The notes: a model not told the origin generated them from the sequence alone. A DNA stretch of 23,668 nt from an uncultured archaeon (GCA_964510585.1 CAZECW010000149.1:1-23668), one strand, 5' to 3'; shown: positions 7,267 through 16,470, numbered from the stretch's first letter. Translations and numbers: made by a program.

Positions 7267-8139
7267 TTGGCCTTAGATGCTAACACAATAAAGAGGAATA
7301 ATATCCTTAGGCATGACTTGGAAAGCAAATATTATGATGACATTTTTGAGATAAAGACTTCCTATAAGTATGGTAGTGTGATTAACTCAGAATTAGCTTT
7401 TGCGGGAATAGACGCCGCCAAAAAAATATTGGTTTTGGACGCCGCTTGCGGCACTGGCAAAATTGCACTTAACCTCAAGGCTTATGGATCAAGAGCTAGA
7501 GTGGTAGGTTGTGACATCAGTTCAGGTATACTGGGGAGGGCTAAGGAGAAGGCGGAGAAAAAGGGATTCTCCAGCGAAACCGCCTGGCTTCGTTGCGACT
7601 GTGAGAGTCTTCCCTTAAAAAGTGAATCTTTTGATTTGGTGATTTGTTCGTCCTCTTTGCACCATTTCCCGAACTACTTATTATTTTTGAGGGAGAGTAG
7701 AAGAATTCTGAAAAAGAAGGGGTATTTGGCTATTTTGGAGGAACCTAATCGTCTAGGAATAATGTTAGTCGGAATTTTCGGTGTAGTATTGACCCAGTTG
7801 GGAGAGATTTTTAATCGGAGATCCGGCTCAAGCCTAGACCCAAGAACCAGTGAAAGCCTGATAAGGATGCAACAAAACCCCAAGGCACTAAAGACTGATC
7901 CCTACATGTTTACTATAAATGAGTTAATTAGAAGCGGTTACTTAGCGGGATTTAGAAAAGTTTTTACCAAGGCCGAAACCTTCTTCTCATACTTCATATT
8001 CTTCTTTGCGAAGGGATTCCTACCAAAGAAATACTTTGAACGAATATTTGACCGTGCCTATAAAGTTGACAGAAGGCTCTTTCACTGCTTTATACCCAAC
8101 AATTTCAGAGCTACAGCGAATTTGTACTGCCAAAAGTAG
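7267..8139 (+). CDS. Class I SAM-dependent methyltransferase (UbiE/Methyltransf_11-like)
   Basis: VLDAACGTG motif I, GCDIS, CDCESLPLKSESFDLV, SSLHHF, LKKKG. Start moved from 7093 to the in-frame TTG at 7267 (GAGGTG RBS at 7254-7259), which removes the overlap with the helicase. Confidence 0.88.
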   Translation: MALDANTIKRNNILRHDLESKYYDDIFEIKTSYKYGSVINSELAFAGIDAAKKILVLDAACGTGKIALNLKAYGSRARVVGCDISSGILGRAKEKAEKKGFSSETAWLRCDCESLPLKSESFDLVICSSSLHHFPNYLLFLRESRRILKKKGYLAILEEPNRLGIMLVGIFGVVLTQLGEIFNRRSGSSLDPRTSESLIRMQQNPKALKTDPYMFTINELIRSGYLAGFRKVFTKAETFFSYFIFFFAKGFLPKKYFERIFDRAYKVDRRLFHCFIPNNFRATANLYCQK

Positions 8140-8244
8140 CATGCACTTATTATGGATTGAAAAAAGGGGCATTATTCTAAAAATTTGTATTAGCGTCCCC
8201 TGCGACTGTGGTGGTTTTAAGAGAATAAAATTAGGGATTGGGGT

Positions 8245-9048
8245 TTATTCTTCTATGCTTGCCCCACAATTTGGGCAGAAAACTGCAAACTGTGGAACTT
8301 CAACACCGCAATGTGGGCAGAATCGAGCCTTCTTCGGTGGTCCCAGCTTTATTTCTACCTTGGGTTTTTCTTCCCCTGTGATAACCATTTTTTCCTCTTT
8401 GGGAGCCTTCCTTTTTATCCCTTTGCTCGTACTAAGTTCCTTTATCCAATTGAACATATTAAGCAGAATTTTAGCGTTGTCAAATCGTCTCATGAAGGCC
8501 TTAGTGAACAACATTATACTGCTTACAAAAACCATCGTGCCTTTTCCGAACTCCCTAACTGCAATTACTGGAAATGAACGTACACCCAGCTGGACTCTGG
8601 CGATTTGTGTCCATTCAGGAATCAGGTTTGCCCTAAACCATGGAGCATGAATCTTAAATATTCCTGAAGTAATGGGGTGCAGAGTAAAGTCGGTAACAAA
8701 TTTGGAATTCATTCCTAACCAGTCAATCCCGAGTTCACGGGCAAAAACTGTCTTGTAGATCCTGTCAGATCGGGAGGGAGTTACCAACAGTATTCCTCCC
8801 TCTTGGACATAGTCCATAACCGCTCGGGTTTCCTCAACCCTCCAATCGTACTCTTTTCGAAATTTTCGAGGACCTATGATGGCTAAGGCGTCATATGTTT
8901 CTAGTAGTTTGGAGGTTAGCGGCGTAGAGGAGTTTACATAGAGGTCTAAACCCCAGTTCACAATACTGTTCTTTATGTCGTTGTAGATTCTGGCTTTGGT
9001 TTCCTCATTATGGTACTCGTCTAAAAGCATGTTTACGTTACTCGACAA
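8245..9048 (-). CDS. GldG/IFT52 (GIFT)/DUF4350-like class I glutamine-amidotransferase-fold domain with a C-terminal zinc ribbon
   Basis: LLDEYH...LTSKLLETYDALAIIGP...EETRAVMDYVQEGGILLV...HPITSGI...FGKGTMVFVSS...DNAKILLNMFNW pattern, followed by a Lys-rich linker and CPHCG-x9-CPNCG. Confidence 0.7.
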   Translation of the reverse strand: MSSNVNMLLDEYHNEETKARIYNDIKNSIVNWGLDLYVNSSTPLTSKLLETYDALAIIGPRKFRKEYDWRVEETRAVMDYVQEGGILLVTPSRSDRIYKTVFARELGIDWLGMNSKFVTDFTLHPITSGIFKIHAPWFRANLIPEWTQIARVQLGVRSFPVIAVREFGKGTMVFVSSIMLFTKAFMRRFDNAKILLNMFNWIKELSTSKGIKRKAPKEEKMVITGEEKPKVEIKLGPPKKARFCPHCGVEVPQFAVFCPNCGASIEE

Positions 9049-9155
9049 ATAATTAACCTCCCTTTATAATATGCTGTTTTGTGAGTCTAATTTTTAAATG
9101 TATTTCTATGGATATAAATATAGCTTTAATGGCAAATTGGTTAATAAGCCTGTCT

Positions 9156-10124
9156 TCAATAAACACGCTTCATCTTAGAGTATAGTTTTGTCCTAAGATT
9201 TGTTAGCTCCTCTGCGGTTTTTCTTATGTTTCCCATAGGAATTTTAGGTTCCAGTCGCGCTACGAACCTTTTCCAGCGTTTGGGGATAGAGGTTAAACCG
9301 CTTTTCGCTCCACAAAGACCTCCTGCAATGCAACCTAGAGTGTCAGTATCGCCTCCAGAATTTGCAGTTACTAGTAGGGCTTTTCTGATGTCGCCCTTAA
9401 AAACTGAAAAAATTGCAAAGGCTGTAGGCACGGATTCCCATGAGAGCGGCCCGACACCTATTTCCCTATAAAGAGTCCTCAGTACTTCCCAGGGGTCTGT
9501 TTGGTTTCTCACAAGTTCCTCTGCCATTTTTATGCGGAACGCCACACTTTTACCAGACTTGACTCCGAAATTTTCGCCCAGCTCAGCTCCTTCAAAGGCG
9601 GCATCAACTATCTGCTCTACACTGAATCCTTCCACCGCCGCGGAAGTCGCACAAGATACAGCCACAGCCGCTGAAATTGCTGAACTACCCCCATGAGTTA
9701 CCATTGAGGAGGTAACGGTTTTCTCCAAAATCACTTCAGGTTCATAAGGAGTGCATAAACCAATAGGAAAAGCACGCATGGCAGCTCCATTGGTATTGCC
9801 TGTGGTAGAAACAGTTTTAGGATCATTTTGTAGACGCATTATCGAGGCTTTTGTAGATGAACCTAAACGTGGACAATCGGCACTTTTTAAAATTGCTTTT
9901 ACAATACTGTCGTGGGTAACGTCTGCCTGGTTTTCTATAAGAGCTTCGGCTATAAGAAAGTTCAGAACGGTGTCATCAGTTATTTCCAAACTCAAAGGGT
10001 CTTTTATAATCCCGAACTTTGACCTTATCTGGTAGGGGGTCATGCCCTCTGTTGCTGCACCCAAACAATCCCCTATGGTAAGCCCCACCAGACAACCATG
10101 TATGCGGTTAAGCATTTCAGACAT
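9156..10124 (-). CDS. ADP-ribosylglycohydrolase (ARH/DraG family)
   Basis: GDCLGA, TDDT, TNGAAMRAFPIG, THG, GGDTDTLGCIAGGLCGA motifs. Start set at ATG 10124 (GGAGG 6 nt upstream). Confidence 0.92.
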   Translation of the reverse strand: MSEMLNRIHGCLVGLTIGDCLGAATEGMTPYQIRSKFGIIKDPLSLEITDDTVLNFLIAEALIENQADVTHDSIVKAILKSADCPRLGSSTKASIMRLQNDPKTVSTTGNTNGAAMRAFPIGLCTPYEPEVILEKTVTSSMVTHGGSSAISAAVAVSCATSAAVEGFSVEQIVDAAFEGAELGENFGVKSGKSVAFRIKMAEELVRNQTDPWEVLRTLYREIGVGPLSWESVPTAFAIFSVFKGDIRKALLVTANSGGDTDTLGCIAGGLCGAKSGLTSIPKRWKRFVARLEPKIPMGNIRKTAEELTNLRTKLYSKMKRVY

Positions 10125-10400
10125 GTGATTCCTCCGAAGCCGAATGATTTTCTGCATAAAATAGTTATATCACAGTATCCAAATGTTGCGTAGAGCGTTT
10201 TAAAATGCTTTTTGGTAATATTCCGACACTTGGTTTGTACAAGAAAAATTTATTTTCTGCTAAAGACCTTTATTATTATGCTTTAAACTAGTATAAAGCT
10301 TTATATTTTTAGTTCTCTACGATGGGGGTCTAAATTATCTCCCGTTCAACCGAAAGCCCTTTGATGAAGCTTCAAGCCAACTGGTCTTTAAGGAGGTCAA

Positions 10401-10895
10401 TTGATGAAGATAGACGAGAAAAAGAAGGTTTCAGGAGCTTTTTGGGTTGATTTGAAAAATTGGATGTGGAAAATTGAAGTGGATCAGCAGAAAATGAGGG
10501 AATACGCGGAAAAGAGCGACCCTCTACTTTTACGAGCGGATATAGCTGCTCTCACTGAAATTTATAACATTTCTCAAATTAACCCTGCATATGCCAGCCA
10601 TGCCGGGGTGGCTCTAATCCAAGATGACCTAGCCGCTCTTCCCCACCGCCTTATTAAGGATAAATCAATAAAAATACTTGCCGCCTACCCCATAATGTTT
10701 AGAGGAAACTTTGAGTTTGTATACGACAAAATTAGAGATCCCATAAGTCAGAAGGAGCGGATTTATGTAAGTGTTAACATTTCTAAAAACGAGGTAGAAA
10801 CAGAAGTGGGAAGAGCATACGCAATGTTAGACGAGAATGAAAAAATCATAGGCCTAGCCAAGGAAGAAGATTCCTTCATAGTAAAAATTATCTAA
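10401..10895 (+). CDS. Hypothetical protein (164 aa)
   Basis: Strong RBS AAGGAGGT before TTG/ATG and globular composition; no family recognised. Confidence 0.75.
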   Translation: MMKIDEKKKVSGAFWVDLKNWMWKIEVDQQKMREYAEKSDPLLLRADIAALTEIYNISQINPAYASHAGVALIQDDLAALPHRLIKDKSIKILAAYPIMFRGNFEFVYDKIRDPISQKERIYVSVNISKNEVETEVGRAYAMLDENEKIIGLAKEEDSFIVKII

Positions 10896-11246
10896 TACTG
10901 CCATAAAGTATAATTGTTTTTTACTTAAAAAGTTGGTTTCCACCGGTTCTATTTGCTTAAAGCGGTTGAAGTTTCTATTTGTCTACATCAATTTTTAAGA
11001 AAAAAAGGTTTCAACATTGTAGAAGGCGGGCATACTCCCACATCTAAAGCCTCGAAAATTCTGAGCATATGGTGGGTAAATACCCCTACACTCTATTAGC
11101 CTTTGCACTCCTTTTTCTGGGTCGATGTTTAATTTTCTGTATTTTAAATGTTTAGACCCTTCACAGTTAATTCTATTTGAGAAGGCTAGTTTTTGATTCA
11201 TTTTTTGTGAATACTGCTAATCGGGTATTCGATGAGAGTGAAGGTG

Positions 11247-11981
11247 TTATTCTGCTTTTTTTATTGATTCCTTTAAACGCTGAAGTACTGCTTTAATATC
11301 TTCTTCTGTTCTTCTTTCAGGGTAAGCATCCCCGGAAATGGTTTGAATGGCTCTTCTCGTTTCAACTTCGGCGGTCTCTATTTTTTTAGGTTGATAAACT
11401 ACGTTTTGTGAGAGTTGAGCGGATTTTCTATCAATACGTGTTCTTAACTCATCGAAAAAGTTTTCAGCTATGGGAGCCTCCCTTGAGAGGGGTATGTTAT
11501 CTGGAGGGGTTGCAGGTTGCACTCTTGTTAAGGTCGCAGCTTCAGACACTTCGGTTCCCAGGCCATAACTTTCAGCTTTGGGGATTGTGGTGGCTGTTTT
11601 GGGAACCTCCGGAGAGAGTGTTGCAGCCGGTGCTGGAGGGGGCTCCGGCTGCTTTTTAACCATTATTGGTTCAGCTCTGGTGGCGTCTTCAACAAGTTGT
11701 AATGGAACACGTATTCCCCCTGCAGGAGCACCACTCCTCACCCCGCCCTTTTCCAAGTTGGTGATTCGGGTATCAAGATTTACAATCTGTTTTTCGATTT
11801 TGACCATTCTTTCCTCAAATGAGGATAGGTAGGTCGCTAAGATACTTGAAAGTCTATCTATTCCCAGTTTAACCTCTTTTAGCACGTCCGAGTCTTTGCC
11901 GGATTTGGAATTTTTCGATGCTTGCCTAATTATTGGGGGATCTAGACTTCCTTCCTTTTTATCTTTACTAAACATTGGCAT
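11247..11981 (-). CDS. Hypothetical coiled-coil plus proline-rich protein
   Basis: Heptads at residues ~55-77 (F55, M59, I62, I66, L69, I73, L76), a P/A/T/E-rich linker (QPEPPPAPAA), and amphipathic helices NFFDELRTRIDRK and DIKAVLQRLKESIKK. AGGTGG RBS. Confidence 0.8.
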   Translation of the reverse strand: MPMFSKDKKEGSLDPPIIRQASKNSKSGKDSDVLKEVKLGIDRLSSILATYLSSFEERMVKIEKQIVNLDTRITNLEKGGVRSGAPAGGIRVPLQLVEDATRAEPIMVKKQPEPPPAPAATLSPEVPKTATTIPKAESYGLGTEVSEAATLTRVQPATPPDNIPLSREAPIAENFFDELRTRIDRKSAQLSQNVVYQPKKIETAEVETRRAIQTISGDAYPERRTEEDIKAVLQRLKESIKKAE

Positions 11982-12512
11982 TGGTCGCCACCTTATAATT
12001 AATTAGTGCGAGGGAATTGATTAAATTTATGATTTTGGCAGTTTTTTGAAATATTTATTGTTTTTTGAGGATATTTTAGGGGTTCAATATATAGAATAAT
12101 TTGAAGTTTTTATTTTTTAGGGGAATGTTTTGGCGCCCATTTTCGAAGATTGAACACCCAAAATGATGAAATCAAAGAGGTACGCAGCTTATTACCAGCA
12201 TCCCTATACTATTATACCTAGGTGGATGAACTCCTGTCTATGGTAAAATATTCATATTTCTTTATGTAAATTGATAAAATCTCTAACTCGACGATGTTAA
12301 ATGGATTTGGTTTCCCTATCTGGTGCTATTGAAGTGGTGAAAAATTCTTTTTTCTCTGCATAAAAAAGGGAAAATCAAGGAGAAACAAGTTGCAATAAAA
12401 CAAATTTAACATCGTCAAGCTAAAAGAAGTTAAATTTTAACAATCTTGATTAAGAGGTAACGTAATAAGTTTAAGCATGTTCTAAAACGTTCACGTAATT
12501 GGAGGCTTATGC

Positions 12513-13253
12513 ATGGATCTCTCAGTTTCTGAGAAGGAGAGGTACGATAGGCAAATGCGAATTTCTGGATGGGGGGAAGAGGGCCAGAGAAAGTTGAAGC
12601 AGTCTAAAGTTGTAGTTATGGGTATAGGTGGTTTGGGTTGTCCAGCGTCCATCTACTTAGCAGCTGCTGGTGTTGGTAATCTGGTTTTGGTAGACAAGGA
12701 GAGCTCTGAGCTTAGTAATTTGAACAGGCAAATTTTACATTGGCAAAAGGATCTTGGTAGACCTAAGGTTATCTCAGCAAAGGAGAAGATAGAAGAACTC
12801 AACTCTGAAATTAAAGTAGAAGCAATAAAAACAGAGATTAACGAAAAAAATATTGAGGAACTCGTCTCGGGGGCTACAGTGATTCTTGACGCTATGGACA
12901 ATTTCAAAGTTCGTTTTCTAATCAACAGAGTATGCGTTGAAAAAGCAATTCCATTTGTTCACGCTGGAATCTACGGATTTCAGGGTCAAATGACTACAAT
13001 AGTTCCTGGAAAGGGCCCCTGTTTGAGGTGCATATTTCCACAAAGCCCACCCGAGGCAGAGCGTTTTCCCGTGGCGGGGGTAACACCAGGCGTGTTGGGA
13101 GTTCTGCAAGCCATGGAAGTAATAAAGTTGATTGTAGGTCTAGGTGAACTATTGATAGGCAAAATACTATTCTTTGACGGTGAAGATATGACATTCATCA
13201 CCTGTGAAGTTCCAAGAAATCCTGACTGTGCAATTTGTAAAAAATTGGTTTAA
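12513..13253 (+). CDS. HesA/MoeB/ThiF-family E1-like adenylyltransferase
   Basis: RYDRQ, GIGGLG, SNLNRQ, GRPKV, DAMDNFKVR and two Zn-binding pairs CLRC/CAIC. GGAGG RBS. Confidence 0.93.
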   Translation: MDLSVSEKERYDRQMRISGWGEEGQRKLKQSKVVVMGIGGLGCPASIYLAAAGVGNLVLVDKESSELSNLNRQILHWQKDLGRPKVISAKEKIEELNSEIKVEAIKTEINEKNIEELVSGATVILDAMDNFKVRFLINRVCVEKAIPFVHAGIYGFQGQMTTIVPGKGPCLRCIFPQSPPEAERFPVAGVTPGVLGVLQAMEVIKLIVGLGELLIGKILFFDGEDMTFITCEVPRNPDCAICKKLV

Positions 13254-13364
13254 CAAAAACCTAAAGTTTTAATCATAAAATGAAGCCACAAAGCATTACT
13301 TCCTAGAAGTCGTTCTAAAAAGGGGAGGGTTTTCTTAATTTGAATTTAATCCTAAGCACAGTAG

Positions 13365-14498
13365 CTAATAGTATATTCTTGCCCTCTTGAGTAGAGCTTG
13401 GGTCACTATACTCATCCATGTTTTGGGTTGACTTTTCAACCACACCATTTCTGCTTGGGCCGCCAGCTTAGCCTTGTCCTTTACCTTTTCATAGACAAAC
13501 TGCCTCTTTGTCAGAAGACCTTTGGTAACCATATCCTCAATGATTTCTTTCCCCCTTCCAGTTCGGATAAAGACAGTTGACCAACCAGTAGGAGCACCCA
13601 GAGTGGCCACAGATAAATCTGAGTGTTCTGCAGAAAAATCCTTACAGCCTATACACTCCTTTGCCATAGCAGCTTTAAACTCATTAAGACTTAAAGGGTG
13701 CCTTCTTCCATCCCTAGTCACAATGTACATTCCTAAATTGTTAATGGGAGTTTCTTCCTTGAACACTGCATTGTCAAAATCTACAGCAACGATTTCTTCA
13801 ATGTCAATACCCTTCTCAACAGCTTGCTTGGTGAAAAGGTCACGACTAAAAATGTTTCCGCAGGGTATGCCAATCAAGTAAGCTATCTGCTCTCGAAACT
13901 CCTTATACCTCTCGGCAAGTCTTCGCGCTCCCTCTATGTGGCAAGGCAAACCAACTAGGGCTACTCGATCAAAGTTAGCAACAGCGCTTATGAGCACCGC
14001 GTTTGTTGGGCAGTGAAAAGGCTTCGTTCCCGAAGCATAGAGAACCTCATTCTTATTTGTAGCGATAGCTGGCGAGGGTCTCCAAGGCTCATCCTGTCTG
14101 CGTCCAGCCACCACCGCACAGCTTACGAGACCCTCCTGCAAAAGGTAGATTAAAATGCTGGAAACCACCCCACTCTTGGGCTTAGCTATATCCCCAAGAC
14201 TACGGTGAATTGGCTGATACTGGAAGTATGAGTACTGCTTTACATCATTCATTAGGGACTGCACATGGACAACCTCACTGAAAGCCCCGAAAATCTCACT
14301 TGAATCCACCTCAACCGGGTGCAGCCCAATACATATATCTGTACAAACCTTACAATCCATAGGGCACTTACCAACGCAAACTATTCTTTTACCCCACTCG
14401 TCCACCGCAAGCAAATCGTGAGGGCAAGCGGACACACAAGTCCCGCACATAACACATTTTCCAGCACTTATCACTTGGCGCTCCAAATCCTTATACAA
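13365..14498 (-). CDS. Coenzyme F420 hydrogenase/dehydrogenase beta subunit family protein (FrhB/FdhB/FpoF-like) with N-terminal ferredoxin
   Basis: CVMCGTCVSACP and CPMDCKVCTDIC ferredoxin motifs; GVVSSILIYLL, VGLPCH, IGIPCG, CIGCKDFSAEHSDLSV and GWSTVFIRTGRG FrhB-family motifs. Confidence 0.88.
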   Translation of the reverse strand: MYKDLERQVISAGKCVMCGTCVSACPHDLLAVDEWGKRIVCVGKCPMDCKVCTDICIGLHPVEVDSSEIFGAFSEVVHVQSLMNDVKQYSYFQYQPIHRSLGDIAKPKSGVVSSILIYLLQEGLVSCAVVAGRRQDEPWRPSPAIATNKNEVLYASGTKPFHCPTNAVLISAVANFDRVALVGLPCHIEGARRLAERYKEFREQIAYLIGIPCGNIFSRDLFTKQAVEKGIDIEEIVAVDFDNAVFKEETPINNLGMYIVTRDGRRHPLSLNEFKAAMAKECIGCKDFSAEHSDLSVATLGAPTGWSTVFIRTGRGKEIIEDMVTKGLLTKRQFVYEKVKDKAKLAAQAEMVWLKSQPKTWMSIVTQALLKRARIYY

Positions 14499-14700
14499 CT
14501 GTGACCCCTTCAGACAGTTGTTTAAAAATTATGTAAAATGTGGACTTTTCCGGCTTTTGCCAGATTGTTGTAGATCTTGTTAAAGTTTCCATATCTCTCA
14601 TAGAATATAACTCTAACTGTTATTGTGACAAGCTTCCCTGGTAAAGTTTTAGTATAAATTTTTATATGCTTATAAATTAAGGATATTTGGGATTGATTAT

Positions 14701-15336
14701 ATGGAAATAGGGGAGTTATTGGAAGCAGTGAAGGAGTCTCCGACAATTTCACCAAGTTTCGATAGCGTTGACGTGCTGATGGTACTGTTACTTTTCTCAC
14801 AGAAGAAATATCCCATTGGGAGATACGCCCTTAGAAAACAGCTAAAGCTGGGACCGGGTGTTATAAGAACCCTGCTTCGCCGCCTAACACAATTAAATTT
14901 AATCAAACCAGTGGGGAGGAAGGGGCATACACTTACCGCTGAGGGAGAAAAAACGATTGAAGAACTGCGAAAAGTAATGGCTGAAGAAAAGAAATTTCCG
15001 GAAAGTGAGCTATCTATAGGGGGAGAAAGTAACTATGGCATTAGACTGAGGAACACTGCGGACAAAATCTCCGATGGGTTAGGACAACGCGATAAGGCTG
15101 TACAAGTGGGCGCCGGAGGTGCAACAACAATTATCTGTAAAGGCGGGAAACTACTTATTCCTAAGATAGGAGAGTTAAAGGTCAAAGAGGAAAAAATGAT
15201 TCGGGAAGCATTCGAAGTACAAGAGGGAGATACCATAATTATCACTTCGGCGGATAATGATTTAACTGCTTGGAAGGGAGCCTTAGCAGTAGCCCTAAAT
15301 CTAATACACCCACCAAAGCAAGAAACCTTACCATAA
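14701..15336 (+). CDS. Winged-HTH protein with DUF4443-like C-terminal domain
   Basis: IGRYALRKQLKLGPGVIRTLLRRL...LI...GHTLTAEG (CggR-like wHTH), then GLGQRDKAVQVGAGGATTI, typical of this archaeal family. Confidence 0.75.
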   Translation: MEIGELLEAVKESPTISPSFDSVDVLMVLLLFSQKKYPIGRYALRKQLKLGPGVIRTLLRRLTQLNLIKPVGRKGHTLTAEGEKTIEELRKVMAEEKKFPESELSIGGESNYGIRLRNTADKISDGLGQRDKAVQVGAGGATTIICKGGKLLIPKIGELKVKEEKMIREAFEVQEGDTIIITSADNDLTAWKGALAVALNLIHPPKQETLP

Positions 15337-15484
15337 CACTCCATTTTAATTTGCCACAAAAATTTGAAATAGAATTTCTGAGGGGCGGAGGAACAAACGA
15401 TTTATACGTCATAGATAGTTCAAAAAAGATTCTCAGAGGGTAGCATTCTTGGTTTGTACTGAAAGTTTTAGTAAAATTGTTTTT

Positions 15485-15925
15485 TTAGATGTAGAGTCCC
15501 CGGTGATCCTCGTTTTTTCTTTTTGCCCACTGGGTTTCCCACTTTTTCACGAAGCTTGTGGTTCCTTCTATTAGCTCCTGTATTTCCTCGATTTCTCCCT
15601 GGGATAAGGCCTCCCTCAGACTTTCCCAAACCTCTTTCTCTTCTTTCTCCTTAACCTTTTTGTTTACCTCCTCCCTTATTATCACAGCGGCCTTATGACC
15701 AGTGAGCATGTTCAAATATTTGTTTATCAGATTGTTCAGGTTCTCATCTAGGTTTAAAACATGGAGAGTTTCAAGAAGGGACAACATAGCAATGTCGAAG
15801 TCGTCAATTTCAATTTCAGTGTCCAAATCTTCTAGTTCCTGAATTATCTCATCATAACTTGTGTGGAAAATCCAGAAAATATTCCTGATTTCATTCAGAA
15901 GCAGTTCCGAAGTCATCATCATCAC
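15485..15925 (-). CDS. Hypothetical alpha-helical acidic protein
   Basis: 146-aa ORF with helical, highly charged composition. The real start may be the ATG at 15916, 5 nt after GGTGA. Confidence 0.7.
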   Translation of the reverse strand: MMMMTSELLLNEIRNIFWIFHTSYDEIIQELEDLDTEIEIDDFDIAMLSLLETLHVLNLDENLNNLINKYLNMLTGHKAAVIIREEVNKKVKEKEEKEVWESLREALSQGEIEEIQELIEGTTSFVKKWETQWAKRKNEDHRGLYI

Positions 15926-16240
15926 CCAAAAAGTATCTAACTTCCAACATTAACATGAATGCTTAAAAATCAATCGCTTAAACAATAAAACATAATTAAA
16001 ATTTAAAAGAGATATTTATAAAAAATATAACAATTAGTTTAAAAAATAGTTTAAAAAATAACTTCACCATATAAACTAAAAATTTCCCCAAAAAAGGGTT
16101 GACACAACGCAACAAGTATTTTTCTAGCACCAGACACATGTATTCTCGTTTACATAAGCTTCACATAAAGAGGAATTAAGCAGATTCCAAATCCAAAACC
16201 TTCCAGAAGAGTTTGGACAACCCAACAACAGAATCAAACA

Positions 16241-16470
16241 CCAAACATACATATCTGTTTACCACGTGTGCCAAAAAGCTCTGCACTGTTATCCCTATGG
16301 CACCTGTTGTGCGCTGTACATTTTTCGTCTCAAACACCCTTCTTCTTGGACGTATTTTTCAGCTTGCTTCACTGGTGGAACAACTGCGAGCAGGCCCCCA
16401 TTAGGGGGTTTAAGGACACTTTCCAAACATGCACACAATAGGTAGCTCCTAGTTAATTGTGCCAAAAGCT
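16241..16470. repeat. Degenerate two-copy motif pair in an intergenic region
   Basis: CCAAACATRCAYA at 16241-16253 and 16423-16435, each followed by TGTGCCAAAA(A)GCT at 16267-16280 and 16458-16470. A CCCCC-ATTA-GGGGG hairpin lies at 16395-16408. Confidence 0.45.

Noticed and set aside
8006-8650. 214-aa plus-strand ORF with CPNC-like Cys pattern
   Set aside because: Shadow of the minus-strand zinc-ribbon gene and overlaps the methyltransferase.
10995-11201. 68-aa minus-strand ORF
   Set aside because: No RBS, no recognisable motif, unconvincing composition; I cannot support it.
11982-12512. Long AT-rich intergenic regions (also 2108-2523, 15926-16200, 22996-23400) as a replication origin or CRISPR leader
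   Set aside because: No ORB-like repeats, no adjacent orc1/cdc6, and no repeat-spacer array.
16230-16400. Possible selenocysteine read-through of TGA codons in a Cys-containing minus-strand frame
   Set aside because: Several TGAs, no selenoprotein-like motif and no recognisable SECIS.
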